Shown: positions 14,904 through 24,212 of the stretch, one piece after another | Numbering within the stretch: the stretch's first letter is position 1 | How the letters are laid out: each line of letters starts with the position of its first letter | Origin: Candidatus Eiseniibacteriota bacterium | GTDB taxonomy: Bacteria; Eisenbacteria; RBG-16-71-46 | Length of the DNA stretch: 64,000 bases | Assembly: GCA_036505355.1 (NCBI GenBank) | Contig: DASXTP010000102.1 | Span: forward strand, 84 to 64,083 | Reading direction: 5' to 3' | The notes under the pieces: generated by a model | Database searches by the model: none | What the model was told of the DNA's origin: nothing | What the model saw: the letters and a program-made list of their open reading frames with translations, nothing else | Translations under genes and position numbers: made by a program

Positions 14904-17900
14904 TCAGAACTCCGGACCGATGGTGAAGTGCCAGCGGGGCTCGCTCGTCTCCACCAAGTCGGTGGCCCAGGCCATGTCCAGCTTGAGGATGAAGAAGTAC
15001 ACCGCGGTCCGCACTCCGGTGCCGAATCCGAACATCAGGTCCCGCAGGTGGCGCCGGCCGTCCACCTGCTCGCTCACGCGCACCGCCTCGCCGCGGTCCC
15101 ACGCGAACCCGGCGTCGGCAAACACCGCCCCCCTCAGGTTGAATACCCCGAGCGGAACCGGACCCACCACCCCCAGCTGCTGGATGAAGGGGAAGCGCAG
15201 CTCGGCGTTGACCAGCGCGACGCGTGAGCCGGTCGAATCGAAGTCGGAGTAGCCACGGATGGTGGAAAACCCGCCGACGCGGAACACCTGTGGATCCCGA
15301 CCTTCGCTGTACCCGCCGAGGAAACGCCCGGCGAAGGTGTAGCCATGGGTGAGGTCCCAATACCGCCGCATGTCGAAGGTGACGGTGCGGTAGGCCAGGC
15401 CATTGTCGAACCACGAGAACGACGGGCTGAAGGTCAGGTTGTAGCGCTGACCGTTCACCGGGCCATAGTATCCGAACAGCGTGTTGTCCCCGATCAGCGA
15501 GATCTGGGGAGAGCTCACCGAACGGAACTCCCTGCCGGTCTCGAAGAACTGATCGTCGAAGAAGGTTCGTTCGACGAACATCTGCGCGTACCCGAGATCC
15601 ATCCTTCGGAAGCGGTCGAACGGGTAGGACGACTGGAGGGTGAGGCCGAAATTGCGGTCCGAGAACAGGCGCGGCGTGCCGAGCTGCTCGCCCAGGGTCG
15701 TAACCTGGGACTCGAAGTAGTTCTTGAAATGAAACACCCCGAAGGCCAGATCCCAGCGCCGGGGCAGGTAGTTGTAGATCACCAAGGCGTTGGTCTCGGA
15801 GAACGAGTTGGTGAACACGTCCGTCGACACGTAGACCGTGTGGTTCCCAAGAAAATCGCTGAGCAGGAACTGGGAAGTGCCGACGAAGCCAAAGCTCGAG
15901 GCATAGAAGCTCCCCCCGGCATAGTCGGGCGTCAGTCGCGGCCGATACGGCGTGGGCCTCTGCGACAGCACGGAATCCGAGACGGCGAACGGGCCCCCGC
16001 GCTCGACCAAGGGGCTCAACGTGGGCAGTCTCGGCACGGTGTCCGCCTCGCCCGGGAACCGCGACACGTAGCCGGGGCCCCAGGGCCGGGGCCCAAGCCG
16101 CGGCGGTACAACGGCGGCGCTGTCGGCATGCGTCCGCCGGTCCTCCCTCGGCATCAGTTCGGTCGCAGCCGATCGTAGCGTGTCGGGCATCGCCAGGCTG
16201 TCCGGCCAGGCTCCGGCAAGCGCTCCGTGGGTGGTCCCGGGGGCCACGCTATCCTCGAGGGCGGCGTGGGCACCCTCGAGCGTCAGAACGGCCTGGGGCG
16301 ACTGGCGCCGCAGGCGTTCCAGGACCGGGTCCAGGGACAGCGGTTCCTTGACCGCGAAGACGTCGAAGCCGCCGCGGTTGAACGCCGAAAATACCAGGCG
16401 GTCGTTCTGACGCGACCAAGACAGGCTTGCGACCCCACCCTGTACGTCGGTGAGCTGGATGATCGAGGCGTCCCGGACGTCGTAGAGGAAGATGTTCGAT
16501 GCGCCGCCGCGATCGGAAATGAAGGCCAGCTTGTTGCCATCGGGCGACCAAGCCGGGGACCGATCGTCACCGTGGGTGTCTACCACCGGGCGGATCGAGC
16601 CGCTCCCCAGATCGAGGTCGAACAGCCCATAGGCGCCGAAGCCGTTCTCGCGTCGCTGCGGGTGAAGCACCACCGGCGCCAGGCGATCGGAAGAGAAGGT
16701 GAGGGTTCGCCCGTCGGGCTTCCAGGCCGGCTCCTTCTCGTCGTAGGTGTCGTCGGTGAGCCGGGTGATCGCGCGATCGCGCAGCCCGACCAACCACAGA
16801 TCCGAACGACCCTCGCGCACGCCGACCACCACCAGCGAGTCGCCGACCGGCGACCAGGCGGGGTAGTAGAGCGCCTCGCAGCCGACGTCGATGCGCTGCA
16901 GGATCCTGCCATTCTTGGCCGAGACCACGTACAGCACGTCGCGTCCTCCGCTCTTCACCGCGAGCCCCAGCCGCCGGCCGTCCGGAGACCAGGTCAGGGA
17001 GCTGCGGAACGAGGGAATCGATTCGAACTGCACGTTCCGCTCCCCGCGAATCACGCGGCGCAAGACCTTCCCGTCGAAGGCGGACATGATGTAGACATCC
17101 GTGTACTGGCGGCGGTCCGAGAAGAATGCGATCCGATCCCCTTGAGGAGAAACGGCCGGCGCGGTGTTGAGGTTGCTTTCGTCCCGACGGTGGTCGGTGA
17201 GCCGACGCGCGAACCGTTCGGGGTCTTCCTTGGTGGCCACCGTCGGCCAATACCGTTTCTTCAGCCACTCGCGCCATTGCTGGTCGAACTTCTCCACCGG
17301 CGTCCCGACGCTGCGCTGGAACGCCCCCTCGAAGCTGTGCATCGCCCGGATGCGCTGCAGCAGGTCGCGCAGGCGCTCGTCCCCAAAGCGGTCGACCAGG
17401 TATCCGAGAGCCGATTGGCCCTGCTTGTAGACGATGTACCCGCCGGAATACCGGAGCGGCGGCAGGTAGCCGGCGATGGCCCCGTCGCGCAGGAACATCT
17501 CGGCGTTCGGTTCCATCCCCAGCGAGAAATACTCGGCCAACCCCTCGGCGAACCACAGCGGCACCTGGTAAAAGCTCTGGCGCCCGATCAAGGAACCGGC
17601 CGAGCCGCCATAGATCAGGTCGAACATGAAGGCATGGGTGAGCTCGTGAACGACCACGTGACGAAGATCCTCGTACGAGCCCGTGAACGGCAGCACCACG
17701 CGGTTGCGCAACAGCTCGGTGAAGCCTCCGGTGCCCGCGTCGATCAGCTCGGGAGTGACGTTGGTCTGGGCGAAGTCGTTGTGGGAGCCGTAGAGGACGA
17801 TGGGCACGCGACGGCCCAGCGTGTGCCCCATGCGCGCGCTGAGCATCCCGTTGGTCTTCTCGGCGAGATCGAGCACCCGCCGCGCGAGGCTGTCGAGGCC

Positions 17901-18059
17901 GGTGTAGAAGTAGACCTCGAAATGGTCGGAGGTGATGGAGCGCCAGTCGTAGCGGCGATACTGCACCTTGTTCTGGCCGAAGTACTGCGCCTCCACCCGT
18001 CCGGCGCCCCCGACCAGCAGTAGCAGCACGGCCCAGGCCGCACACCCCGTCCACCGCAT
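14904..18059 (-). CDS. Outer-membrane fusion protein: signal peptide, HExxH peptidase-like domain, TolB/PD40 beta-propeller repeats, C-terminal Omp85/D15-type beta-barrel
   Basis: Start reassigned to ATG 18059 (MRWTGCAAWAVLLLLVGGAGRVEAQ); the 1962-aa track ORF is read-through. VVHELTHAF motif. PD40-like blades SPQGDRIAFFSDR, WSPDGRRL, WKPDGRTLTFSSDR, WSPDGNKLAFISDR. Barrel ends RWHFTIGPEF (terminal Phe beta-signal). Confidence 0.85.
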   Translation of the reverse strand: MRWTGCAAWAVLLLLVGGAGRVEAQYFGQNKVQYRRYDWRSITSDHFEVYFYTGLDSLARRVLDLAEKTNGMLSARMGHTLGRRVPIVLYGSHNDFAQTNVTPELIDAGTGGFTELLRNRVVLPFTGSYEDLRHVVVHELTHAFMFDLIYGGSAGSLIGRQSFYQVPLWFAEGLAEYFSLGMEPNAEMFLRDGAIAGYLPPLRYSGGYIVYKQGQSALGYLVDRFGDERLRDLLQRIRAMHSFEGAFQRSVGTPVEKFDQQWREWLKKRYWPTVATKEDPERFARRLTDHRRDESNLNTAPAVSPQGDRIAFFSDRRQYTDVYIMSAFDGKVLRRVIRGERNVQFESIPSFRSSLTWSPDGRRLGLAVKSGGRDVLYVVSAKNGRILQRIDVGCEALYYPAWSPVGDSLVVVGVREGRSDLWLVGLRDRAITRLTDDTYDEKEPAWKPDGRTLTFSSDRLAPVVLHPQRRENGFGAYGLFDLDLGSGSIRPVVDTHGDDRSPAWSPDGNKLAFISDRGGASNIFLYDVRDASIIQLTDVQGGVASLSWSRQNDRLVFSAFNRGGFDVFAVKEPLSLDPVLERLRRQSPQAVLTLEGAHAALEDSVAPGTTHGALAGAWPDSLAMPDTLRSAATELMPREDRRTHADSAAVVPPRLGPRPWGPGYVSRFPGEADTVPRLPTLSPLVERGGPFAVSDSVLSQRPTPYRPRLTPDYAGGSFYASSFGFVGTSQFLLSDFLGNHTVYVSTDVFTNSFSETNALVIYNYLPRRWDLAFGVFHFKNYFESQVTTLGEQLGTPRLFSDRNFGLTLQSSYPFDRFRRMDLGYAQMFVERTFFDDQFFETGREFRSVSSPQISLIGDNTLFGYYGPVNGQRYNLTFSPSFSWFDNGLAYRTVTFDMRRYWDLTHGYTFAGRFLGGYSEGRDPQVFRVGGFSTIRGYSDFDSTGSRVALVNAELRFPFIQQLGVVGPVPLGVFNLRGAVFADAGFAWDRGEAVRVSEQVDGRRHLRDLMFGFGTGVRTAVYFFILKLDMAWATDLVETSEPRWHFTIGPEF

Positions 18060-18178
18060 ACGGGTCTCCCTTTCTCGATCCACGGCCCCCGAAGTACCCT
18101 TACATACCACGTCGGACTCCGCCGGTTCAGACAAACTTTCGTCACCCCTCGGGGCACCGCATGGCACCCGCCCCGGGC

Positions 18179-21100
18179 TCAGTACTCCCAACGGGCCTTG
18201 AGGTTGACGTTGAAGTCCGGGGCCGAGGAGGGAGTGGTGCTGCCGGCGGTCTGACGCTTCTGGGTGAGCTGACTCGTGATGTAGAAGAACCGACTCAGCC
18301 GGTACTCGGCCTCGATGTCGCGCTCGATCGGGTTCACATCGGTGCCCGAAAGCACCGAGCTTCCGGTTCCGGGCAGAAGCTGTCGGTAGCGCACGGCCAG
18401 CTGGCTGTTGAGCTGGCTGCCCACGCCGAGGATCACGCCGCCTTGCCCCAGCAGCCCACCCGATTGCCGCGCGATCTCCCACTCGGTGAGGTAACCGCGA
18501 AACGCCTTGGACAGCTCCGACGAGAGCTGGCGGTTGATGGCCTGCGTCAGGTAACTGTCCGCGGGGTCCTTGAGCGCCACCGTCTCGCCCTGGACGAAGC
18601 GCCCGACGGTCAGCTCCCGCAGGATCTGCGCCTCGTCGAGGGCGTCCGGCTCGCTCGCCAGCTCGACCGCCGGCCGGCTCGAACGACCGCGGATTCGGAC
18701 CGTGATGGTCTGCGGCTGGGGCCGAACCGGCGGGCCGGTCGGCGAATCGAACGCCTGACTCGGCACCAGGCGGGTGGTGGCCTCGGCATCCACTACCGGA
18801 TCCACGCCGCCCACGTTGTCGAAGGTCAGGGCGGCCCGTTTCACGGTGAAGCGGTTGCTGAGGAAGTAATACGTGCCGCGGAGCGCCTCCATGTCGCCGA
18901 AGATCAGCAGCTGCTCCGGGCTCTGCTCGATGTTGAGGTCGGCGCTGAACTCGATGTCGCCGTCGGACGGCTGCCAATGCAGATTGTCGTTGGCGTGCAC
19001 CTGGAGGTGGTAGGTCCAGAACAGGGGCTGGGTGCTCGCGGCCACCTGCTGGACCTCGGTCTGTCGGGTGAAGTCGTAGAGGATCACCGCGCGCCGGATC
19101 TCGACATTGTCGCTGGTCACGCGCGGCACCGTATGACCGCCGATCCGGGGCCCGTTGGTGACCTTGAAGTCGCCGTCGAAGCGCGCCGCGTACACCCCGG
19201 GCTCCAACGCCGCGACGTCGCGCATCGAGAGGTCGAACGAGTAGCCGGCCAGCCCGGCGCCCCGCAGGTTCACGACCCCGTGGGCCGCCACGCGCCCGGG
19301 CTCGCCTTGTCGGGTGCGCTGGATCGCGGTCAAGGTGTCGAGCGTCACCCGCGACTCTCCCAGCGTGAGCCGCGCCGTGACGTCCTGCAGCACCTCCTCC
19401 CGTCCGGCCAGTCGCAGGCGACCCTCGCGAAGTCGCGCGGTGCCGTGCAGCGCCGGCTTCTGAGGGGTGCCGGAAACCTCGGCATCGATGCTGAAGCGGC
19501 CGGCCGCCGAGCCGATCTGCGGCACGAACAGCGGGAGCAGGCCCAAGTCGCCGTCGGGGTAATCCAGGCGCCACGACATCGGCGCTTCCGGCAGCCTTAG
19601 GGACTGGCCGAACGCGAGCTGGAACGGCATCTCTCCCACGATCGTCGACGTCACGCCGCCGCGCGTCAGCTTGAGCTCCCGCACCTGTAGGCGCTCGTCG
19701 CGAAGCTCGGCCTTCACCGCGACCTGGTCCGCGGTGTAGTTCCGCCAGCCGAGCGCGCGGCCGTCCACCTCCAGTTGGAGCTCCGGGTGTGCCGGTCGGC
19801 CGGCGACCTCGAGGGTGCCGCTCAAGCGCCCGCGCCAGCCTTGAGCCGGTGGGGTGAACTGCCCGAGATGATCCACCGGTAACCCCTGCGCGCTCAAGGT
19901 GCCCTGCCAACGAGACGCCCCCGCGAGCCACCGCACCACGCCCGCTGCGGTCAGGGTGTCGGGCCACGTCCGGGTCGTCCCCTCGATTCGGCCCGAGCCG
20001 CGCAGGGTCCCGCCCTGAACGCCGAGCACCAACTGTCGGACCTCGAAGCGCGAAGGACCGCCGCCGAGCGAGAGCGCGAGCGAGTCGGCGCGGTGGTCCT
20101 GGTACGCCGGGGCGCGGCACGCGGCGCTCAGCTCCCAACGCGGATCGCTCTCCGCGCCGGTCACGCGCAACTCTCCCCCGGCTCGTCCTTCGAGCCTCCA
20201 TTCGGCCGGCAGCCCGATACGGGCCAGCTCCACGTCTTGGGCCGTGGCGTGCCAGTCGTGCCAGCCCCCGGGGGCGGCCCAGCGTCCCGACATCTCGAGG
20301 CGCGCGGTCCCGTCGGCAGCCGTGAGCCGCTCGAAGGTCACGCCTCGCGCATCCCCCGAGAGTCGCATCGGCGGGCTGGCCACCCAGTGAAACTGACTGC
20401 TCTGCGCGCTGGCGCGCTCGGCCCCGAAGCTCCAGCCGCGGTCGTTCCACCCGGTCCCGCCGGCCAGCGCCACCACCGTGTCGCCCGCCCAGGCTTCGAG
20501 CGCAGGAAATCCCAGCGATCGGTCCCCGAGATGCAATGGGGTGGCGAGGCTGTCGAAGTGGATCCCCAAGAACACGAGCTGCTCGAGCCGCGCCCGCGCG
20601 GTGAGGTCCGGGACCGGGAGGAGGCGGCCCTGAATTTCGCTCAGCGTCCAGCGCGCCGACTGCGCCCCGAACCACCGGGTCGCAGCACCCGAGAGCGTGC
20701 CCGTGACGTCGAGGGCGCCCTCGTGTCCGGTCACCGCACCGGCTCCGGCAACCAGCGAGCCTTGGATGCCGGTGGCCCGGCCATCGGGCCACTCATCGAG
20801 CGGGAAGCGGGCCACCGTGTAGACGCCTCGCCAAGCACCCTCGTCCACGGCGCCCGTCAGCGTCAGCTCGCCGCCGCGGCGAAACGCGCGCACCCGGAAG
20901 CTGTCGGCGCCGATCGGGCGGAAGTCCACGGCGACCACGGCGCTGTCGGTACGCCACCCCGCCCACTCGGAGCTGCCCAGCCGTGCGGCCAGCTGGGAGT
21001 GGTTGTGGTCGCGCGAGTCCACGCGGTACTTGAACCTTCCGTGCAGCCGGCCGGCCGGCCAACCGGCGATGCCGATCACGGACCAGCGTGCCGGATCCAC

Positions 21101-22264
21101 GCCGGTCGCGAGCCCGCCCACTTCCCAGCCTCGGCGGGACCAGCTGAGCTGACCGTCCAGGGCCCCGGCGGCGGAGTGCCCGCGCAGCGGCGCCAGGGTG
21201 AGACGCCCCGACTCCCACTGGAACTCGCCATGGCTCTCGAGCGGCAGGTCGGCCCACACCGCGCGCGACTCGAACGAACCCCGCCACCCCGTCCCTCCGC
21301 GGGCGCTCAGGCGCACGCGGCCCTCGCCCGTGACGTCGAGCGTTTGGTTGCGGAACACCGCGGCGAGCCACGCCCACCGCACGCGCTGGATCTCGGCCTC
21401 GACCCTTCGCTCTCCCGCCTCACGCGGCCACGAGGCTCGACCCCGCAGCTCCAGATCGGGGCTCTTCAGCTCACGCACCTCGAGCTGCACACTGTCCGCC
21501 ACCGACACCCCCCCCGCGAACCGCTCAAGCCTCAGCCCATAGGGGCCCCGCTTCCAGGTCAGGGATCGGACGTCTACCCGCGTCGGGCCCCCGGTGGCCG
21601 CGGTGGCGTCGAGGTCGAAGTCCTCGACCCCTTCGCGCGTTCCGTCGATCCGGACGTCCCCATCTCGGATCCGCAGGCTGAAGTCGAAGCCGCGCGAGGC
21701 ACGGCGCCCCGGGCCCGGGCGCCAGGTCGGAAGCCGTAGCCGTCCATCGGCACCCCGTCTCAGGTGAACGATCGGCCGATCCAGCTCGATCACGATCGCG
21801 CCGCGCCGCCCGGCGAACAAGTCCCAGGTCGAATACCGCAACCTCATCGACCGCGCTTCGAGCAGGACCGGCCCGTCGCGGAACTGCACCTGCGGCGAGA
21901 TCACGTCCACCGTGGCCAGCGGGTTACCCCGCACCGCTTTCACCTTCAGCACCACGTCGCTCCGAGACATCAGAGTCTGGTTGATCCTCCCGGACAGCTC
22001 GCGCGCCGCCCATTCGGTGTGGTTCCATAGGTAATAGGCCCCGCCGAACAGGGACACCGCCGTCAGCCCGATCCCCGACAGCACCACCACGATCGCCAGC
22101 TGGCGGACCGTCCAGCGCACCGGCCTGCGGATCGGAGCCGGTACGTGGTCGACCGCTTCCTCGACTGCCTGGTCCATCCGCTCGACGGCATGCTCGACCG
22201 TATGCTCGAGCTTCTCGACCAGGGTCTCGGGGCGATCCGGCGATGGTTCCTTGGGCGTCGTCAT
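18179..22264 (-). CDS. tamB: TamB-like translocation and assembly module protein (AsmA/DUF490 family)
   Basis: 1361 aa with an N-terminal membrane anchor (LAIVVVLSGIGLTAVSLFGGAYYLW), a long beta-rich body and a C-terminus ending FNVNLKARWEY. Directly downstream of an Omp85 gene. Confidence 0.8.
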   Translation of the reverse strand: MTTPKEPSPDRPETLVEKLEHTVEHAVERMDQAVEEAVDHVPAPIRRPVRWTVRQLAIVVVLSGIGLTAVSLFGGAYYLWNHTEWAARELSGRINQTLMSRSDVVLKVKAVRGNPLATVDVISPQVQFRDGPVLLEARSMRLRYSTWDLFAGRRGAIVIELDRPIVHLRRGADGRLRLPTWRPGPGRRASRGFDFSLRIRDGDVRIDGTREGVEDFDLDATAATGGPTRVDVRSLTWKRGPYGLRLERFAGGVSVADSVQLEVRELKSPDLELRGRASWPREAGERRVEAEIQRVRWAWLAAVFRNQTLDVTGEGRVRLSARGGTGWRGSFESRAVWADLPLESHGEFQWESGRLTLAPLRGHSAAGALDGQLSWSRRGWEVGGLATGVDPARWSVIGIAGWPAGRLHGRFKYRVDSRDHNHSQLAARLGSSEWAGWRTDSAVVAVDFRPIGADSFRVRAFRRGGELTLTGAVDEGAWRGVYTVARFPLDEWPDGRATGIQGSLVAGAGAVTGHEGALDVTGTLSGAATRWFGAQSARWTLSEIQGRLLPVPDLTARARLEQLVFLGIHFDSLATPLHLGDRSLGFPALEAWAGDTVVALAGGTGWNDRGWSFGAERASAQSSQFHWVASPPMRLSGDARGVTFERLTAADGTARLEMSGRWAAPGGWHDWHATAQDVELARIGLPAEWRLEGRAGGELRVTGAESDPRWELSAACRAPAYQDHRADSLALSLGGGPSRFEVRQLVLGVQGGTLRGSGRIEGTTRTWPDTLTAAGVVRWLAGASRWQGTLSAQGLPVDHLGQFTPPAQGWRGRLSGTLEVAGRPAHPELQLEVDGRALGWRNYTADQVAVKAELRDERLQVRELKLTRGGVTSTIVGEMPFQLAFGQSLRLPEAPMSWRLDYPDGDLGLLPLFVPQIGSAAGRFSIDAEVSGTPQKPALHGTARLREGRLRLAGREEVLQDVTARLTLGESRVTLDTLTAIQRTRQGEPGRVAAHGVVNLRGAGLAGYSFDLSMRDVAALEPGVYAARFDGDFKVTNGPRIGGHTVPRVTSDNVEIRRAVILYDFTRQTEVQQVAASTQPLFWTYHLQVHANDNLHWQPSDGDIEFSADLNIEQSPEQLLIFGDMEALRGTYYFLSNRFTVKRAALTFDNVGGVDPVVDAEATTRLVPSQAFDSPTGPPVRPQPQTITVRIRGRSSRPAVELASEPDALDEAQILRELTVGRFVQGETVALKDPADSYLTQAINRQLSSELSKAFRGYLTEWEIARQSGGLLGQGGVILGVGSQLNSQLAVRYRQLLPGTGSSVLSGTDVNPIERDIEAEYRLSRFFYITSQLTQKRQTAGSTTPSSAPDFNVNLKARWEY

Positions 22265-22271
22265 GCGGTCC

Positions 22272-24212
22272 TCAAAACGACGGCCCGATGGCGAACTGGA
22301 GTCGGGGCGGTGAGCTCGAGGGGCGCAGACGCCACGTGAAGTCCAGCCGCAGCGGTCCGATTGGCAGATTGGCCCGCGGGCCGAGCCCCGCCACGTAGCG
22401 GACCGCGTTCACGTCGGATTCATCGGCCGAGACCCACAGCTCGCGGGCTCGGATGTGCTCCGGCCGCGCCCACACGTTTCCCGCATCCACGTACGCTTCG
22501 ATCCCCAACGGACCGAGGAAGGGAAGACGCAGCTCGGTGGGCACCCTCATCTCGACGCTGGCCTGCAACACCACCAGCCCGCCCGACGGATGGATCGAGT
22601 TCTCGTCGTGCCCGCGAATCGAGTTGACGCCCCCGGTGCGGAAGCGCTCCTCCAGGGGCACCCGCGCCACCTCGGGGTCCACCACCAGGGTATCCGAGAA
22701 CTTGGGCCGTGGACCGAACGGGTCAATGATGCCGCCGCGCGCGCGGGTGGCCAAGGTCCAGCCGTTCGGCAGCGGCGTGTACCACGAAGCGATCATCTCC
22801 GAGCGCCAGAAGCTGCTGCTGCCGCTCAGGGGGCCACCGGCGACCTCCGCGCTCACCGAGACGGCCGAGCCGCGGGCTGCGTTGAACGGGTTGTCGCGGA
22901 TGTCCCGCTCCAGCCCCAAACCCAGGCTGTGGGTGGTGTACTTCGGCACGATCACCGTGTCCGGGCGCGCGGGATCCAGGTCCCCGGCGAGGATCTCGAG
23001 ATCCTGGTTGGCGAAGATGTTCTTTTGCGTCAGGGTCAGGCGGGTGAAGCGGTTCAGCTCCCGTCGGAGCTGGAGGTTCACGTCCTTGAACTCCTGACGC
23101 ACGATCCAGCGCGGATCGGCCCGGTCGTCGTGGCGCTCGTACAGCGGGGTCACCTGCCCGCGCGTGCGGGAGCGCAGCAGCCATGGCTCGAGCAAGGTCG
23201 CGCTCAGGTTCCAGCGCTGGAACTTGCCGTCGCCGTAGAAGGTCAGCAGCGAGCCGACCGCTCCCTGCTGGCCCCAGCCCAGCAGGTTTCGATGCCCCCA
23301 CTCCCCGGTCAGGCGAAAGCGCTCGTCGGTGCCGCTGCCGATGCCCGCGTCGACCCAGCGCGGCTTGCGCTCGCGCAGCCGGATCTCGAAGTTCATCAAC
23401 GTCCGGGTCGAATCCGGCACCGGCTCGATCTGGACCTGGCTGAACAACCCGCTTTCATAGAGCCGCTCCTGGGACCGCACCACCCGGGACCACTGATAGG
23501 GGGCGCCGCTCCGAATCGCCAGCTCGCGCCGGACCAACGACTCGCGGACCCGGGCGCGTCCCTCGATATCGATCTTCCCCACCTGGTAGCGGACGCCCTC
23601 TTGAACGTCGTAGCGCACCCGCACGCGCAGCGATTCCGGCACCTCGCGCACCGCCGAGCCCGTGACCTGCGGTCGGAATCCCCGCTCCTGGTATAGGCTC
23701 GTGATCACCAGGGTGTCGAGCTGGAGGTAGGCCGGATCGAAGGCCCGACCGGGGCGCGCCCAGAGCTTGCGTCGCAGGTCCTTCTCCGCCACCGAAGCCA
23801 CGCCGCCGAACTCCACGAAGCGAACCTTGGATGGCTCGCCCTCGTGGACCAGGAACAGCACATCGACCTCGTCCCTCTGGCCGCTCGACGCCACCCGGTA
23901 CTCCACGGTCGCGTCGAGGTAGCCGTGGTGGCGATACAGATCCGCGATCGCCGTCACATCCGAGAGCAGGTAGTCGCGCCGAAGCACCGGCCGTTCTCGC
24001 CACGGCCAAAGCGACGGATTCTTGGTCTTCATCACCCGCTCGATCGCGCCGGCGCCCAAGTGTCGGTGGCCATCGATCCGCACCGAGGCGATGATCTTGA
24101 GCTCCTGGAGCAGCTCCTCCTGGGACCGTGCGATGTCGGGAGCGATCGTCGCCGCCGTCATGAAGCCCACCGCGATCCCCCTGCGCAAGCCGCTAAGGCG
24201 GACTCGGCGCAA
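22272..24212 (-). CDS. Omp85-family outer membrane protein assembly factor (TamA/BamA-like, short POTRA region)
   Basis: 646 aa with a signal peptide, about 270 aa of POTRA-like repeats and a barrel from about RKPRWVDAGIGSG to the terminal RLQFAIGPSF. It lies downstream of rseP, as bamA does in E. coli, but is paired with tamB. Confidence 0.85.
   Translation of the reverse strand: MRRVRLSGLRRGIAVGFMTAATIAPDIARSQEELLQELKIIASVRIDGHRHLGAGAIERVMKTKNPSLWPWRERPVLRRDYLLSDVTAIADLYRHHGYLDATVEYRVASSGQRDEVDVLFLVHEGEPSKVRFVEFGGVASVAEKDLRRKLWARPGRAFDPAYLQLDTLVITSLYQERGFRPQVTGSAVREVPESLRVRVRYDVQEGVRYQVGKIDIEGRARVRESLVRRELAIRSGAPYQWSRVVRSQERLYESGLFSQVQIEPVPDSTRTLMNFEIRLRERKPRWVDAGIGSGTDERFRLTGEWGHRNLLGWGQQGAVGSLLTFYGDGKFQRWNLSATLLEPWLLRSRTRGQVTPLYERHDDRADPRWIVRQEFKDVNLQLRRELNRFTRLTLTQKNIFANQDLEILAGDLDPARPDTVIVPKYTTHSLGLGLERDIRDNPFNAARGSAVSVSAEVAGGPLSGSSSFWRSEMIASWYTPLPNGWTLATRARGGIIDPFGPRPKFSDTLVVDPEVARVPLEERFRTGGVNSIRGHDENSIHPSGGLVVLQASVEMRVPTELRLPFLGPLGIEAYVDAGNVWARPEHIRARELWVSADESDVNAVRYVAGLGPRANLPIGPLRLDFTWRLRPSSSPPRLQFAIGPSF

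Noticed and set aside
14904-20792. 1962-aa ORF suggesting a giant protein
   Set aside because: Only the C-terminal 1051 aa (from ATG 18059, with a signal peptide) look real. The upstream part is an alternative frame across the tamB gene with an Arg/Gly-rich nonsense composition.
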